The notes beneath the pieces were generated by a model, which was not told the origin of the DNA, ran no database searches, and worked only from the letters and a program-made list of their open reading frames with translations. Shown piece after piece: positions 13,480 to 28,582 of a DNA stretch of 64,000 bases (the stretch's first letter is position 1; every line of letters begins with the position of its first letter). The position numbers and the translations under genes are program-made. The DNA is from Geosiphon pyriformis uo1 (taxonomy: Eukaryota; Fungi; Glomeromycota), in assembly GCA_016748015.1 (NCBI GenBank), contig JAAOMT010000328.1, positions 124,001 through 188,000 on the forward strand. Direction: 5' to 3'.

Positions 13480-14870
13480 AAACAATGAATTCGGAAAACT
13501 ACAACAATCTCAAACAATATTTGAAAACATTAACAATCCCAACAGATTGGTCTACAGATAAAAAACATTGACTACAACAACAAACCAAACAATATTTTCT
13601 ACACAACAACATTATTTATCATTGAAATTTCAAAAACCCAAACAAACCATTCAGATTAATACAAGAACAAGAAAAAGAGATTATATTATACAACATGCAT
13701 TCAGATCCTTCATTAGCACACTTCGGAAAAAACAGCACCACCCAAAGAACACTAGAATACTACTTTTGGCCTCAAATGAGAAAAGACATTTATGAATATG
13801 TCAAATCTTGTGATAGTTGTCAAAGAAGAGAAGGAACACACCCTACTGAACCATTAAATTCAATTAAAGTTGGACAACCCTTTGACTGAGTTGGTATTGA
13901 TTTAGTTGGACCACTATCTATTACCACTCAAGGAAACTATTATATTGTAGTAGCTGTAAACTATCTTACTAAATGGCCCGAAGCCAGAGCCATTCAATAA
14001 GCAGATGCGAAATCAGTAGCAAATTTCATCTATGAAGACATTATTTGTAGACATGGATGTCCAATTGAACTTTTATCTGATCAGGGGACACATTTTGTGA
14101 ACAACCTGATTCAAGAAATTTGCAAACAATTCAATGTCAAAAGACCTCTGTCTTCGCCTTACTATCCACAAACAAACGGACTTGTGGAATGTTTTAACAG
14201 AACATTGTGTGAGTCATTAGCCAAAGTCTCAACCAATTTTGAGCAAGAATGGGATATCTTTATTCCATCAGTGTTACTAGTATACAGAACACTAAAACAA
14301 GATACCACAAAACACATATCATTTGATTTAACTTATGGAAGGACAGCAACATTACCAATTAGTTTCACAGTAGAAACATACCCAGCACAACCAATTGATA
14401 AAAACAATTTCTAGGAAACACTACAACAAAGAGCCTACATTCTGCTTAACATATTGAAAGGAAAATGACAAATAGCAGCAACTCATATTGAACATTCTCA
14501 AGCTCAACAAAAAGAAAGACATAACAACAAATTACCACCTATTACCAATGAATTTAAAGTTGAAAATAAAGTTCTCTTACACAGAACTAAAGCTGAAAAA
14601 CAATGGAGTGGAAAATTCAAAAATAAATGGGATGGACCATTTTTTATTTATGAAATTCTAGGCAATGGATCATACAAGCTAAGACTTGATGACAAAATCC
14701 TAGTAAAAGTTGCACATGGAGATTGTTTAAAACACTATAATTCCAGAAACAATCCTGAACTATTAATTCCACAAATTGGCACACATTCCCCTTTAATCAA
14801 TCTCAAAGATATTCTCCAGAATTTAGAACCAATAGTTGTCATTGAACAACCTCCCAACTTGAATACTTAA
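13480..14870 (+). pseudogene. Gypsy integrase
   Basis: HHCC finger (HSDPSLAHFG...YFWPQMRKDIYEYVKSCDSCQ), GIDLVGP, SDQGTHF, YYPQTNGLVE, and the C-terminal WDGPF...Y (GPY/F) motif. Confidence 0.93.
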
Positions 14871-14992
14871 TTTAAATTTATTACTATAGTTATCTTCTTA
14901 TAATTTAGAAACAATCTTACAAAAACAAAACAAAAATAACATAAAAATCTATACCCCAAAAATAATTTTCTTTTATTTTCAAATCTTTTATA

Positions 14993-15712
14993 ATGACTAT
15001 TCCTCAAAACATTCAACAATTATCCCAAAAACTAATGTTAGCTTTAAAAACAATACCCAAATTATCTATTACTGTTACTAGAAACCACATTAATTATACC
15101 CAAACAGAAGTAGTCACAAATTTAGCCCCAAATTCACGAAAATATCACCCATATAAAAAGAACACAAGAAGTTATTCTGGAATTCACCTGCCAGAACTTT
15201 TAAAGCTTGCTTTAAGAGAAAACTTAATGCTCATTCCTATTAGTATCCCACCGAATGCTACTATTCAACAAAAACTTCAACTGTGTCTCAATGAGGAAAA
15301 CACTGAATATCCTCCAATCTATAGATATTTTCACATTGGAAAAACACTCTACGAATGGAAACTGGAACTTACAACAGCAAACCTCATAAAAAAAGCTATT
15401 CAGAAACAACTCTACAACAAATTTAAGACAACAGCTAGACCTACAAACAGTCATTATAAACTAAGAGCTGCTTTTAGACTTTATGACCTATTCCACATCT
15501 GTGAAAACGTCCTACAAAATCCAATTTTACAATCTTTGAAGATTCAATACATTGGAAAGCTTACAGAACTGAAATTTCAACAATTTTCAGACCAAATTTC
15601 TTCAATAATTTTGGATTATTATCTGGAAATTACAGACAGTACTTGGACTTCAACGGAGCTCAGTCTTGAGGAGGAGGTTATGTTACTAGATGAAATTAGA
15701 GATATTATTTAA
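14993..15712 (+). CDS. Accessory ORF3 of the Gypsy element (239 aa, unknown function), overlapping the PPT and 3' LTR
   Basis: ATG-initiated, uninterrupted ORF between integrase and the 3' LTR. It reads through the PPT and stops 32 nt into the LTR. Confidence 0.65.
   Translation: MTIPQNIQQLSQKLMLALKTIPKLSITVTRNHINYTQTEVVTNLAPNSRKYHPYKKNTRSYSGIHLPELLKLALRENLMLIPISIPPNATIQQKLQLCLNEENTEYPPIYRYFHIGKTLYEWKLELTTANLIKKAIQKQLYNKFKTTARPTNSHYKLRAAFRLYDLFHICENVLQNPILQSLKIQYIGKLTELKFQQFSDQISSIILDYYLEITDSTWTSTELSLEEEVMLLDEIRDII
15668..15677 (+). promoter_or_regulatory. Polypurine tract
   Basis: GAGGAGGAGG lies 3 nt before the 3' LTR start. Confidence 0.85.
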
Positions 15713-16660
15713 CATGAAATTATCTTTATAATTTTCATTATTAATTAACATATATTATCATTTCAAATTATCACTTATTACATTAGCAAAATATCTGAAA
15801 TTATCATTTAATTAATAATTCAATTTGTATATAACACAAATGTAACCTAAGTATGATGATCAATCATGCAATACCCCGAACTATGTAATATTCAAAAAGT
15901 TCACCAAAATTTGTAGAAATTTGCTGAAATAATTGATAGTTCACTGAAATATCTAACAGTTCACAGAAATAACTTGTAGTTCACTGAAATGTATTTTTAA
16001 TTCAGTGAAATTGTAGAAAATAGCAAAGTTCGAGTTCATAGAATAGTGTTACAACAAGTTGTATAAAAGAAGAACTTTTCTTTTCGAGAAAATGTATCTT
16101 ACTTTAAATTTATCACTTAGAATCATTTCTATACACACAAAAAGAAATAAATATCAAATAATTCGAAAAACCAAATTCTTTAATTAGTGCACTTAAAAAA
16201 TCCTCAAAACCCAACTAACGTTTTGAAATTGATTAGCTACCAATTTCAGTAAACTGTTAGTGACTCCAGGCCTGGATAGAAAACGTTTCCCTTGATAAAA
16301 TCCTATTTCTTTTATATTTGTTTTATTTTTCTTTTCTTTTCTTATTATAATCATTAGGGTAGTCTACAGACGAGATTCCTGTAGAAGAGTTGACTTTCAC
16401 AGCAAAGTAACTACACATTTTTAGTGAGCTTCCAGATGAGCAATTTCTGGGAAAGAGTTAACATTTACTACAATGTAACTACATAAAGTAACTGGCAAGG
16501 AATTGGTCATTCCACTTATAAGCCCAGCAGTTCAAATTATAGGAGATAATTTGAAGATAAATTCAGTTACTGAAGGTTCAACCACATTCAGAAAATGTGA
16601 ATTCACAGCAAACAGGTATCAACAACATTTAAGAAAAGAGACCAAAAACCTCTGATAACA
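15681..16660 (+). repeat. 3' LTR (family 1)
   Basis: Colinear with 6798-7777; ends TGTTACTAGA...TCTGATAACA. Confidence 0.97.
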
Positions 16661-17030
16661 ATGTACTTTAAAAGTACACATTATCTACATGTTTTTTTTT
16701 AGTGTTTAAACAGATTCCCAAATCAGCCAAGCCTATACTAAAACCATTAATAGAGAAGCCTACTAGTTCTATTGCAATAAAAATATGTGTATTGAAAGAA
16801 ATAACTAAAAAATAACAGAAAAAAAAAAAAAAGTGCTATTCCTATGATAAAATTTTTGCTTTTATCATAACCAAAAGATTGACAAGAGAAAAATATAATA
16901 GTTAATATATATATTATATTTTAAGTTAATTATATTTTTATTTTTATTATTAAATTTTTAATTATATATATATTATATTAAAATATGTAAAAATATATTT
17001 AACTTAATTAATTTAAATTAATAATTATTA

Positions 17031-20000
17031 TTTTTTTTTTATTTATTTATTTATTTTACGAGTAAGATCCAAATGCAATCTAGCACTATACATCATACAA
17101 ATAATCTAAACTAGGGCCGAATCATGCACTTTTTACATGTGACCAGCCACTTGAGCCAGTTAGGACAACACTACACACTTATATGCACAGAGACTGTGTT
17201 CCTAATGCCTAAAAAGAATGAACAAAGCTTATGAAACCCGAAACTAACCCCAAAAGTCTCAGCAACACCCAACAGTCTAATCACACTAGCCGAGAATACC
17301 ACAGACAAACCAGAAATTGACACGAAAACGGACCTATCATGTGGAATCAAACCATGCCTTTTCATAAATGCCCAGTGTTTGGCACAGACCAACCAGATAT
17401 CATCCTGAAATACAAGACAAAACTCACGCACAATGCTCACAATCTTTTTAGTACCTTCCTTAAAATCTTTAAAAACCAAGACAGACTCATGAAACCAGTC
17501 ATCAAAAACAAAGCCCTTACACAGAGCAACACCAATTCCAACTTCAGAAATACAAGAAGCCAGCATCTGTGAAACACATGAAGAAAAGTGAGATAGACCA
17601 GAAAGAGCCTCCCAAGCTGAAGCATGAGTGTCCAACAAACGAGCATGGCCAGTGGTATTTTGAGGACACGAAAAGACGTGATCTGAAATCTCAACATCAC
17701 CACAAAACAAACAAACCACACTGGGGTATCTTCTATTATATAAACGCTTGTGCACAGCAACAGAAAACTGATGATGAAGAGCCTTCATAAAGTAAGTGCA
17801 ACAGCTTGCCATGCACATGTTGGTGAAACTGGAGGCCAAGTGAGAATTAGTGTGCCACACCATAGATGACTTAAACCAATTGATATCAGCATGCAAACTA
17901 TCAGTCACAACACGAGAACCAACTCCAACCTCCCAATGAGCTCGATGAACTGATTGGAAAATATCACAAACAAAGTGTTTAGAATTACCAGAAACTGCCA
18001 TACCATCAGCACACAGAAAATGTGCATCAGCTAAATGAGGCAGGTGCCAAGCAGAGAGAGCAGCATCTTTGGCAAGTGCATCAGCATGCTTATTGCCTGA
18101 GACACCTGAATAACCTTTTATCTTAACCCAATTCACATCCAAATTTTTTTGACGAATGACAGTAGCAATGTGGTAACGCTCGATCCAACAGCAGTTCCTA
18201 AAATCTGGATGGACCAGCAAAAACTTCGACCTATATGCATCCAAAGCAGCTTGGCTATCCGAAAACAAGTCAATTGAATGAGAAAAAGAAACACACTCAA
18301 GAGCCAAAGCTATGGCTTGCAGCTCTGTTAGAGTAAAAGAAACCAAACCTAACACTCCAACACCCAAATCCAAATTAACGTCCTCAAAAAAAATGGCAGC
18401 ACCTGCTTTCACATCAACAGTACCCAGACCAAACAGAGATTCATCCGTATACACAGAAAGGCGGGCAGCATCAGCAGTCAACAGAGTGTCACAAACCACA
18501 CCAAAATCATGAAAAAGACAAATATCCAATACAGCATAACCACCCACCAAAGAAGAACTTGAGGAGAGAGAAACAATACCACCAAGAAAGTGAACGGAAA
18601 GATCAAACCAGAAAGGGATTGGGCCATGAGAATTCAGTCTCTTCCAACACTTGAAGGCCCCCCAACTGAAAACATTACCATTACAATCATGAAGCTGTTC
18701 CACAAAAGCAATTCCATAACATTTGAGTGAAGAGACACACCTGAAGAAACAGGGTTTACCAAGAACCAAAGACATAGGAGTACCACACTGATGGCAAAAA
18801 GCACAAGCCAGAGAGCCACCCAAAGACAAATCACACCTGAAAAAAATACGAACCACACCAGCCAAAAAATTGTTTAAGGGATTGACACCAGCATGAAATG
18901 AAAACAGCAAAGAATGATGTGGGTGCCAGCTGAAAACTTGAAGATCATGAGACCTATGAGAAAAAAGGTGGCCCAAAATACCAGCAGAATTTGCAAAAGC
19001 AACAACAGATGCCAATTTACTCTCAGCCTAAATCTGCTCAAAAGTCTTTAAACCATACAATAAAGGGTGGTATAGTACATCATTGGGGAAATCATGGGAC
19101 AACCCAAACTTAGATTTTAAGATCTTGTATACTAGAGCATCCCATTTGTTACAAATACCCACAGAAACGAAACTGAACTAAGTTCTATAGCTAATAATAG
19201 GAAAAAGAACCACAGACACTAAATACGTACACTGTTTATCAGAAACTGCCTTCCTTAAAACTAGATTCACAAAAAACTGAACATCTGTCTAGGCTTTAGC
19301 TAAGCTGGGCTTTGAAAGACCCTTAGAAGATAAAAAAATGCCTAGATAATGATGAGATTCTCCTTTCTTGGCAATAGAAATAGGTGCACTACTGATAGTT
19401 AAATAAGAGTCTAACACCTGGCAATTGATAGGGATGGCCACTATTTTGTCATTATTTACAGAAATATTGTTAAACTTGAAAAACTCACTAGCAATATTAA
19501 GAATGCATTATGTAGCAGCCTAGCTGCTATCAACCCAAATAGTATTATTGACAAAAGCACCAGCAGCAAGAAACAAAGACAGTTCAGCTTGAGGATCCAT
19601 TCAGCCAGTTTTGAATATAAAATGAGAATTCAACCTGTAGCTATACACACTATTCTGTCTTTTAATTTCACACAAGAGTGAATCATAGAATATATGCCAG
19701 AGAAGAGGAAAGAAAACTTTCCCTTGGTCCAGCCCATCATGAACACAATACCCATCAGTTAAGCTGAAGTCAGTCATCACTCTGTTAATGTGACCATTGT
19801 AAATGCTGCTAAAAAATCTAATAAACTTATCACACATCTTAATTCTGACTAGACTTCTCCTGAGATGTTCCCAACCAACTGAGTTATAAGCCTTATGCAT
19901 ATCTTGTAAAACCAGCCAGAGTTCTTGGTTTTTCTCCAGGGCATCTTCAATCACTAAACCAACAGCAAAAATGGGAGACTGCATTGTTGTACCTTTTAGA

Positions 20001-22456
20001 ACTGAAAAATTGTCCCCACAAAGAACATCAAAAGCACTGCAAGCTGAAGAAATTCTATCAGAAAGGATCTTAGAAAGAATTTTGCAGGCCATTTCAATCA
20101 GAGCAATAGGATGGGTGTTTGTAAGAACACCCTCCCATTCATATGGTTTAGGAATTATAGAAACCCAAGGTTTTTTCTAAGGTCCAGGAACTAACTCACT
20201 AACTACACACAGGTTCAAGAGCACCAGAAGCATATCCAAAACTGATTTGTCATAACACTTCCACAATTTGTTAGAGATACCAGAGAGACCAGCCACTTTT
20301 CCATCAGGAAGATCTTTGACGACTGCTGACATCTCATCAAAACTAATCGGACACATGACACCAAAAAAAGCACCATCAAAAACATACTCCAGAGGCCAAT
20401 ATTGGTGAGCCCAATCTTCGGAGATATCAGAAATCACCTTACATTTCCTGGTCCATTCCTTCATGATTTTATCCACCTTTGATTTGACAGAGTCAGGCTC
20501 CAAAATCAACTCATCTTCCATAGCCAGATGATCCAAGACCACTTTGCAAAAGGAGTGCTCCAAAACACTCCTAATAGTGTGACCTTTGTCCAGTTCAAAA
20601 CTTTCCATCCTTCTACTAATAGTTTGCTTGATTGAAGATTCCTCAGCACATTTAGATTTCAACAACTTAGAAGCACAGTACAACTTCTTTGCTTTGGCCA
20701 GCACAGAACAAATAAGATCAAAACCAGAACCTGAAAGAAACAGAGACCTCACCACCGATGCATTAGGGGAATCAAGCCTGTACCACACCTCCAACAAAGC
20801 AACAAACTCATTACTAGAAGCCAAACATGAAGCCTTGACCAATTTTGAAACCAGCAATTCCAGCTTATGGAACCTAGAGAACACCCTAGTGAAAATGCCA
20901 TCAAAACCCTTGAACCACTTCTTTTTAAATGTACCATCTGCAGAAAAAATCATGATCTTGCAAACAATGTCTCACATAGTATCTATATTAGAAAATTTCA
21001 CAGCAGCACCAAACGCATCCAAAAACATAGAGGCATTAGTAGCCGAAGTGTCTCTGAACTCTAACCATTTAGCTCCATTGGCATTTTTGATGTCAAATTT
21101 CCAGCAATCCTTGTTGGTCTGTTTGTGCAATAAAGAAAGCTGTACATCCAACAATCCACCTATACCCACAGACACAAAAACAGCCTTATGATCAGTATCA
21201 AAAAAGTCATCAACACCAGCCATACTGCAATCCACAACCACATTAATCAAATTAGAGAAGATAAAAACATAATTAATTGTCTTGGTGATGCCATGAGAAT
21301 TGCACCAGGTTGGAGACTTCACAAACAAACTCCCATCCAAAGAATTGACCAGACCCAAATCAAAACATTTTTTAAAACTTGCACACTTGCGAGAACCATC
21401 CTCATTAAAATCACCACCAAGAATAACAAAAGAAGACTCATTCACAGCCTTAGCAATGAGAGAGTTAACACCACCAGCCTGAGAAAACTGAACTGCCAAA
21501 AATGCACCAGTATACAGTTCCAGAATAGACACAGAGAGTTTGTTCTTAAAAAGCAATCTAACCAACAGCAGCCGACCAGGCACCTCTGAAACTTTACACA
21601 CATGTCTCACCAAAGAAGAGTCCAAAATGATTGCAACACCAGATCCCATGTGACCAGAATCCAGTTCAGAAGTAAAAACATGAACACCATCAAACTTATC
21701 AGTGATCCAAGGGCAAATTTTTCCTTTCAACTTTGTCTCAGTGACAATAGAAACCATATTGTTCATATCTTTATGCCAACAAACAATGTCTGCTTGCTTT
21801 GCACAATTGTTCATATCTCTAACATTGCATGTGGCAATTTTCCAAATTAAGTGAGTTATTGAAATGACGTGGGAGCCGACAAACCCAAATCAGAGCACAG
21901 AATATTCAACTTATCCAAAACTGAACCAACTGAAGCCTCCAAAGCAACCAATTTCATCTCCAAACCACCCATCTTGGCAGTAAGAACCCTGGAACTACTA
22001 GTGCTGAGGTCGACAACAGCATCAATAGTGATGGAGGAAGTAACATCAGAAGAACTCAAAGCATTGTTCACTATTATATCTGTATCTACTTCAGAACTCA
22101 AAGCTACAAAAATAACAAAAAAGGGGGCCAGAGAAGAAGAAACCAAAGGAACTGCACTAAGGAAATCCAACCTAACCAGAATGCCAGAAACATGATCAGC
22201 CAAAAGCTCTAAAGAGCATTCCAAAATTGCCAAACAATCACTCAAACAAGAAATAACAAGATGATCAGAGATTTCTGAAAGAGGAACCAAACCAGAACAC
22301 AAACCAGAATCAGGAGTACCAAAAGGAAACACACAGAAGGAGGCACCACTAGCAACTTGGACTCATGTTTTGCCATCAAACAAAACTGGACAAGCAATAA
22401 GAGCCAATTTTTTTTTATATATACCAGCTAGACAAACCCGATCCTGATCAGAAACC
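17031..22456 (-). mobile_element. LINE copy B, 5'-truncated within ORF1
   Basis: Poly(T) and 3' UTR at 17031-17170. ORF2 at 17171-~21858 (APE TETKL/LGGDFN, RT, RNase H ...ELQAIALALE...FSDSQAAL...GN..AD, CLFC..E..DHVFSC). ORF1 C-terminus at 21856-22456, then an abrupt switch to AT-rich DNA. Confidence 0.92.
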
Positions 22457-23137
22457 AATTATTTTTTTTAAAAAAAATATTAATTTATTTGTATTAATTA
22501 TATTAATTATAATATTAATTTATTTTTATTAAATATTAATTATTCACTTTTTTCATATTTTATTTTTATGTTTAATTAAAAAATAATTATATAAATTTTA
22601 CTATTTTTACAATTTTTTCTTAATTTATTATATTATATAAAACTTTTAACCAAAAATTTTTATATAATTTTATTATTATTAATAAATTATTACTATTTTT
22701 ACATGTAAATAATTTATGTAAATATTTAAAATATTAATCTTATAAGTTTTTTAATTTATAAAATCTGTTTATAAAAATTTATTTTTAATTATAATTTTAA
22801 TTTTAAGTTATATATTTAAAAATATAATCTAATGTTTTTTTTATTTTATGTTATTAAATTTAATATAATTTATGATTTTTATTTTTTTATTTTTTATTTT
22901 AAAAATTCTTAAAATTATTATTGTTGATTTTATTTTTATTATTATATTTAAAATTGGAAAATTTATTGTGATTTTTTTTATTTTATTATATTTTTTTAAT
23001 AAGTTTAAAAATATTTTTAAAGTAATTAATAAAGTTAATATTATTGAATTAAAATTTTGTTGATTTTAATATAAGAAAAATTTTTTTAAAATATTATCAA
23101 ATTTTATGGTTAAAAAATATATATTAATAATATAATT

Positions 23138-23162
23138 TATATATATATATATATATATATAT
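23138..23162. repeat. (TA)n microsatellite
   Basis: Run of about 12 TA units. Confidence 0.8.
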
Positions 23163-23871
23163 GTTATAAAATAAATTAGCAATTAAATTATATTTTGTTA
23201 AAGTATTACAAAAAACAAAAACACAATTTTTTGTTATTAAATATTAACCAAATTACAAAATATAAACATTCAAAATTTTAAACAATATTTTTACCAATTA
23301 AAAAGAATAATAATAACTCAATTGAACCATAATATAAAGAGAAAAGTTATTTTGCAAACAATTTTGGTATTCTTATAATATAAATAAATAATCTTGGCCA
23401 ATCAATTATAACGGGGATAAAGTGTATATAAAAACATAATACCAATCAAATTTCGAAAGGGATCATTCTTTTAAAGAGTTCTTTTCTCACTTGAAGGGAA
23501 TCAGCTTCCCAGTCACGCGTTTTTGGGACAATTTCTGGTGCTCTGATTTGATATTTGCTTTTTAAAATATTGACTGGTTCCCCTCAATATTTTCCATGCT
23601 TTTGTACCTAGTAACTAATTTATAGCTAATGTATACCCTTTTGGCTTAGGCGATTTTCGAGTGGGCTTCTTGACATTCTCTGAGAGTAGAATTTTGAAAA
23701 AAAAATCAAGATATTCTCTTGAAAATGCATGGTATACCATATAACCATAAAATCATTATCCAGGAGCAAAGCTTAACCAATAAACGAAAAATAAACAAAT
23801 AAATAGTGTTATAATCTACGAAAAAGCTTCCGTTTTTTCATGAACATTACCGAACAATTTCTTGGCATTCA

Positions 23872-26397
<2,526 letters not shown>

Positions 26398-28138
26398 TTC
26401 AAAGAATTTTATAAAGTAATTTCTTTACAGGATAAAATGAAAAGTTTTATTTTCAAATTGGGAAAAGCATGATATAACTGATAAGGGGGGTGATGGTGAA
26501 GAAGTTGTTTTAGCGATAATCAAAATTCAAAATTTTGAGAAGTTAACCAATAAAAAGAGTATTTCGTATATATGTATTTAGTAGAATCTGATATGGTCAT
26601 GCCATTTAACTCATAAATCAAAGATTTTGAGATTAAAAATGTCAGTAAATCTATCATTAAAATTAAAAATTTTGTATCATAATGACATATTATTAAAAGG
26701 AGTATATAAAAAAGATCTTTTTTAAAAGAACTGAAAATGCCTTTAGGAGTGCTTTTCTAGCATTTCGTTGCTTGAAGTTTTTTCAAACCAAAACAATTTG
26801 CTCGAATCTCTTTTATTCGAACTGACTTTTCAAATGGTGACTCGTCTTTTTGAGGGTAATTAATTAACCAAAAAAAATAAAAAAATAAAAAAAAGATTAA
26901 TTAAATTTTTTTTTCCTATTTAAATATATATTATTTTGAGTATTATTACATTTTTTAAATTAGTTCAAACAATTCTCTGCAGTCTTATTTTGAATAAAGC
27001 CATTCTCACTCGTGAAACTTATATTTGGTTTGGAAGTTTTGAAAGTGTTAGATTTTTCGCTTTTAAATTTTTATTATTACTATTTTGAACCAATCTTGAT
27101 TAATTCTTTCTTTATAAATTTATTGGAAAAATTTTTCATTGATAGTGTTTCATTTGTGGGAGCAAAGCAGTCCAAATAATAATTTAAGATTTTATTTTAG
27201 ATTTCTCCCCAGAAGAAATAAAGAAAGGGAATTTCAATTTTTAATATATAGCGATAATTTTTAATAAAAAAACTCTTCAGATATATTTTTAGATCGTATT
27301 TACAAAGATTCTCGGTTTATGATATCATTAATCACAAAATCATAATGCTTATCTAATATCCACATGATCCTTAAAATTTTCCGCCAAAAGCAGGACAATG
27401 GACGATACATAATTCATTTCCTATATTTTTTTTTATTTTTTATTTTTCAAAAATGGCAAGATTTTTTAATTGTTTATAAAGATTTTTACGGCTTTAATAC
27501 CTATTTTTGGTTCTCTTACCATTAGAAAGTTTTGGCGTTAAAAAAAAAAAAAAGGTCGCCAAAAAACTTAAATAATCAAAGCGCCTTTTTCTTTTTAAGA
27601 TTGCAAAGAAAATTTTGAATTAAAAAAACTTGCATAATTTATTAAACTCTAATTCTTGTTATTACTCGTTCCCCTCTTGAAATTTTTTTTTTTTTTTTTT
27701 GAAATTCTAATCCCTTAATATCCTGTTATAACAAAAAGAATTTGCACATGGAACTTTGGCGCGTAATGGGCGTAATGATAACCAAAATTTTACCCAACCA
27801 AATTTCATGACTCCTCTAATTCGTGATCATCCATCTAAAAAAGAGTTATTTAAATAAAAGGGGTATATCAAATTCCGCAGTACTTATAAACTAAATAATT
27901 AGATATCAACTTTCTTTTGCGCGCGAAAAATAAAACTTGTGAGTTTTATAAATATCCTAATTGAAATTGATTTCCTTATTTATTATGCAAAAGAATAATT
28001 ATCAAAATTCCTTTTTCCTATTATTTAAATCTTTTTCTGTTTTCCCCAAGCTGCATTAAACTTATCTTCATTTTCTGTTAAGAAAACTCTCTATTTTTAA
28101 CTCTTGGATTCTTTTTTAAGAAGACTCGTTAATTTTTA
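26398..28138. promoter_or_regulatory. Shared divergent promoter region of VMA2 and VTC4
   Basis: 1.74 kb between two outward-facing start codons. No TE remnants were recognised and CpGs are retained. Confidence 0.7.
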
Positions 28139-28550
28139 ATGAAGTTTGGTCATCACTTAAAAACCTCTCTCTACCCAGAGTGGACCTTCTATTATCTTGC
28201 TTATGATGATCTCAAACATGAACTTAAACTTCGTACTCTTAAACGTGAATGGTCTGAGGATGACGAAGTAGCTTTTGTAGAATTGCTTGAGAAAGAGCTC
28301 GACAAAGTTTTCACTTTTCAAACTATGAAATCTGGTGAAATCAATAGAAGAATTCAATTCTGTGAGAAAGAAATTACCGAAATTACTCAATCAAAAACTG
28401 CTGAAGAAGAAGAGTTTATTGCTCTCGAGCAAGAATTGTCAATGATAATTGCCGATGTTCATGATCTTGCAAAGTTCACTCGTTTGAATTATACTGGTTT
28501 TTTAAAAATTATCAAGAAACATGATGTAAGTTGAATCTTTTATCAACAAA

Positions 28551-28582
<32 letters not shown>

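Larger units (their letters stand above)
6798..16660 (+). mobile_element. Full-length Ty3/Gypsy LTR retrotransposon (LTR family 1), decayed
   Basis: Two 980-bp direct repeats with TG...CA ends. 4-bp TSD ATGT at 6794-6797 and 16661-16664. PBS and PPT present. Domain order gag-PR-(Cys-rich)-dUTPase-RT-RH-IN. Confidence 0.97.
140..16824 (-). mobile_element. LINE copy A (full-length, decayed), interrupted by a Gypsy element at 6798-16660
   Basis: Poly(T) and 3' UTR at 140-275, ORF2 fragments, and ORF1 fragments at 4949-6797 that resume after the Gypsy TSD at 16665. A degenerate 5' pyrimidine terminus ACTTTTTTTT ends at about 16824. Confidence 0.85.

Noticed and set aside
12030-14870. Alternative genetic code or readthrough explaining in-frame TGA/TAA/TAG
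   Set aside because: The stops fall at expected CGA/CAA/CAG/TGG positions and vary between copies, and VMA2 uses TGA as a normal stop.
14993-15712. ORF3 as a retroviral-type envelope protein
   Set aside because: It has no evident signal peptide or transmembrane segment and is short; it is reported as an accessory ORF instead.
17171-19015. Long 614-aa ORF (and the 711-aa ORF at 45766-47901) as host genes
   Set aside because: They are fragments of LINE ORF2 between mutation-derived stops. Their Cys/His excess reflects CGN>TGN/CAN decay.
20586-21589. Recurrent antisense ORFs over LINEs (also 45935-47230)
   Set aside because: They are shadow frames of ORF2. They recur because the copies are homologous and show no recognisable domains.
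22872-23063. Hydrophobic 63-aa ORF (and similar ORFs at 51125 and 52771)
   Set aside because: F/I/K/L composition is what AT-eroded DNA yields by chance.
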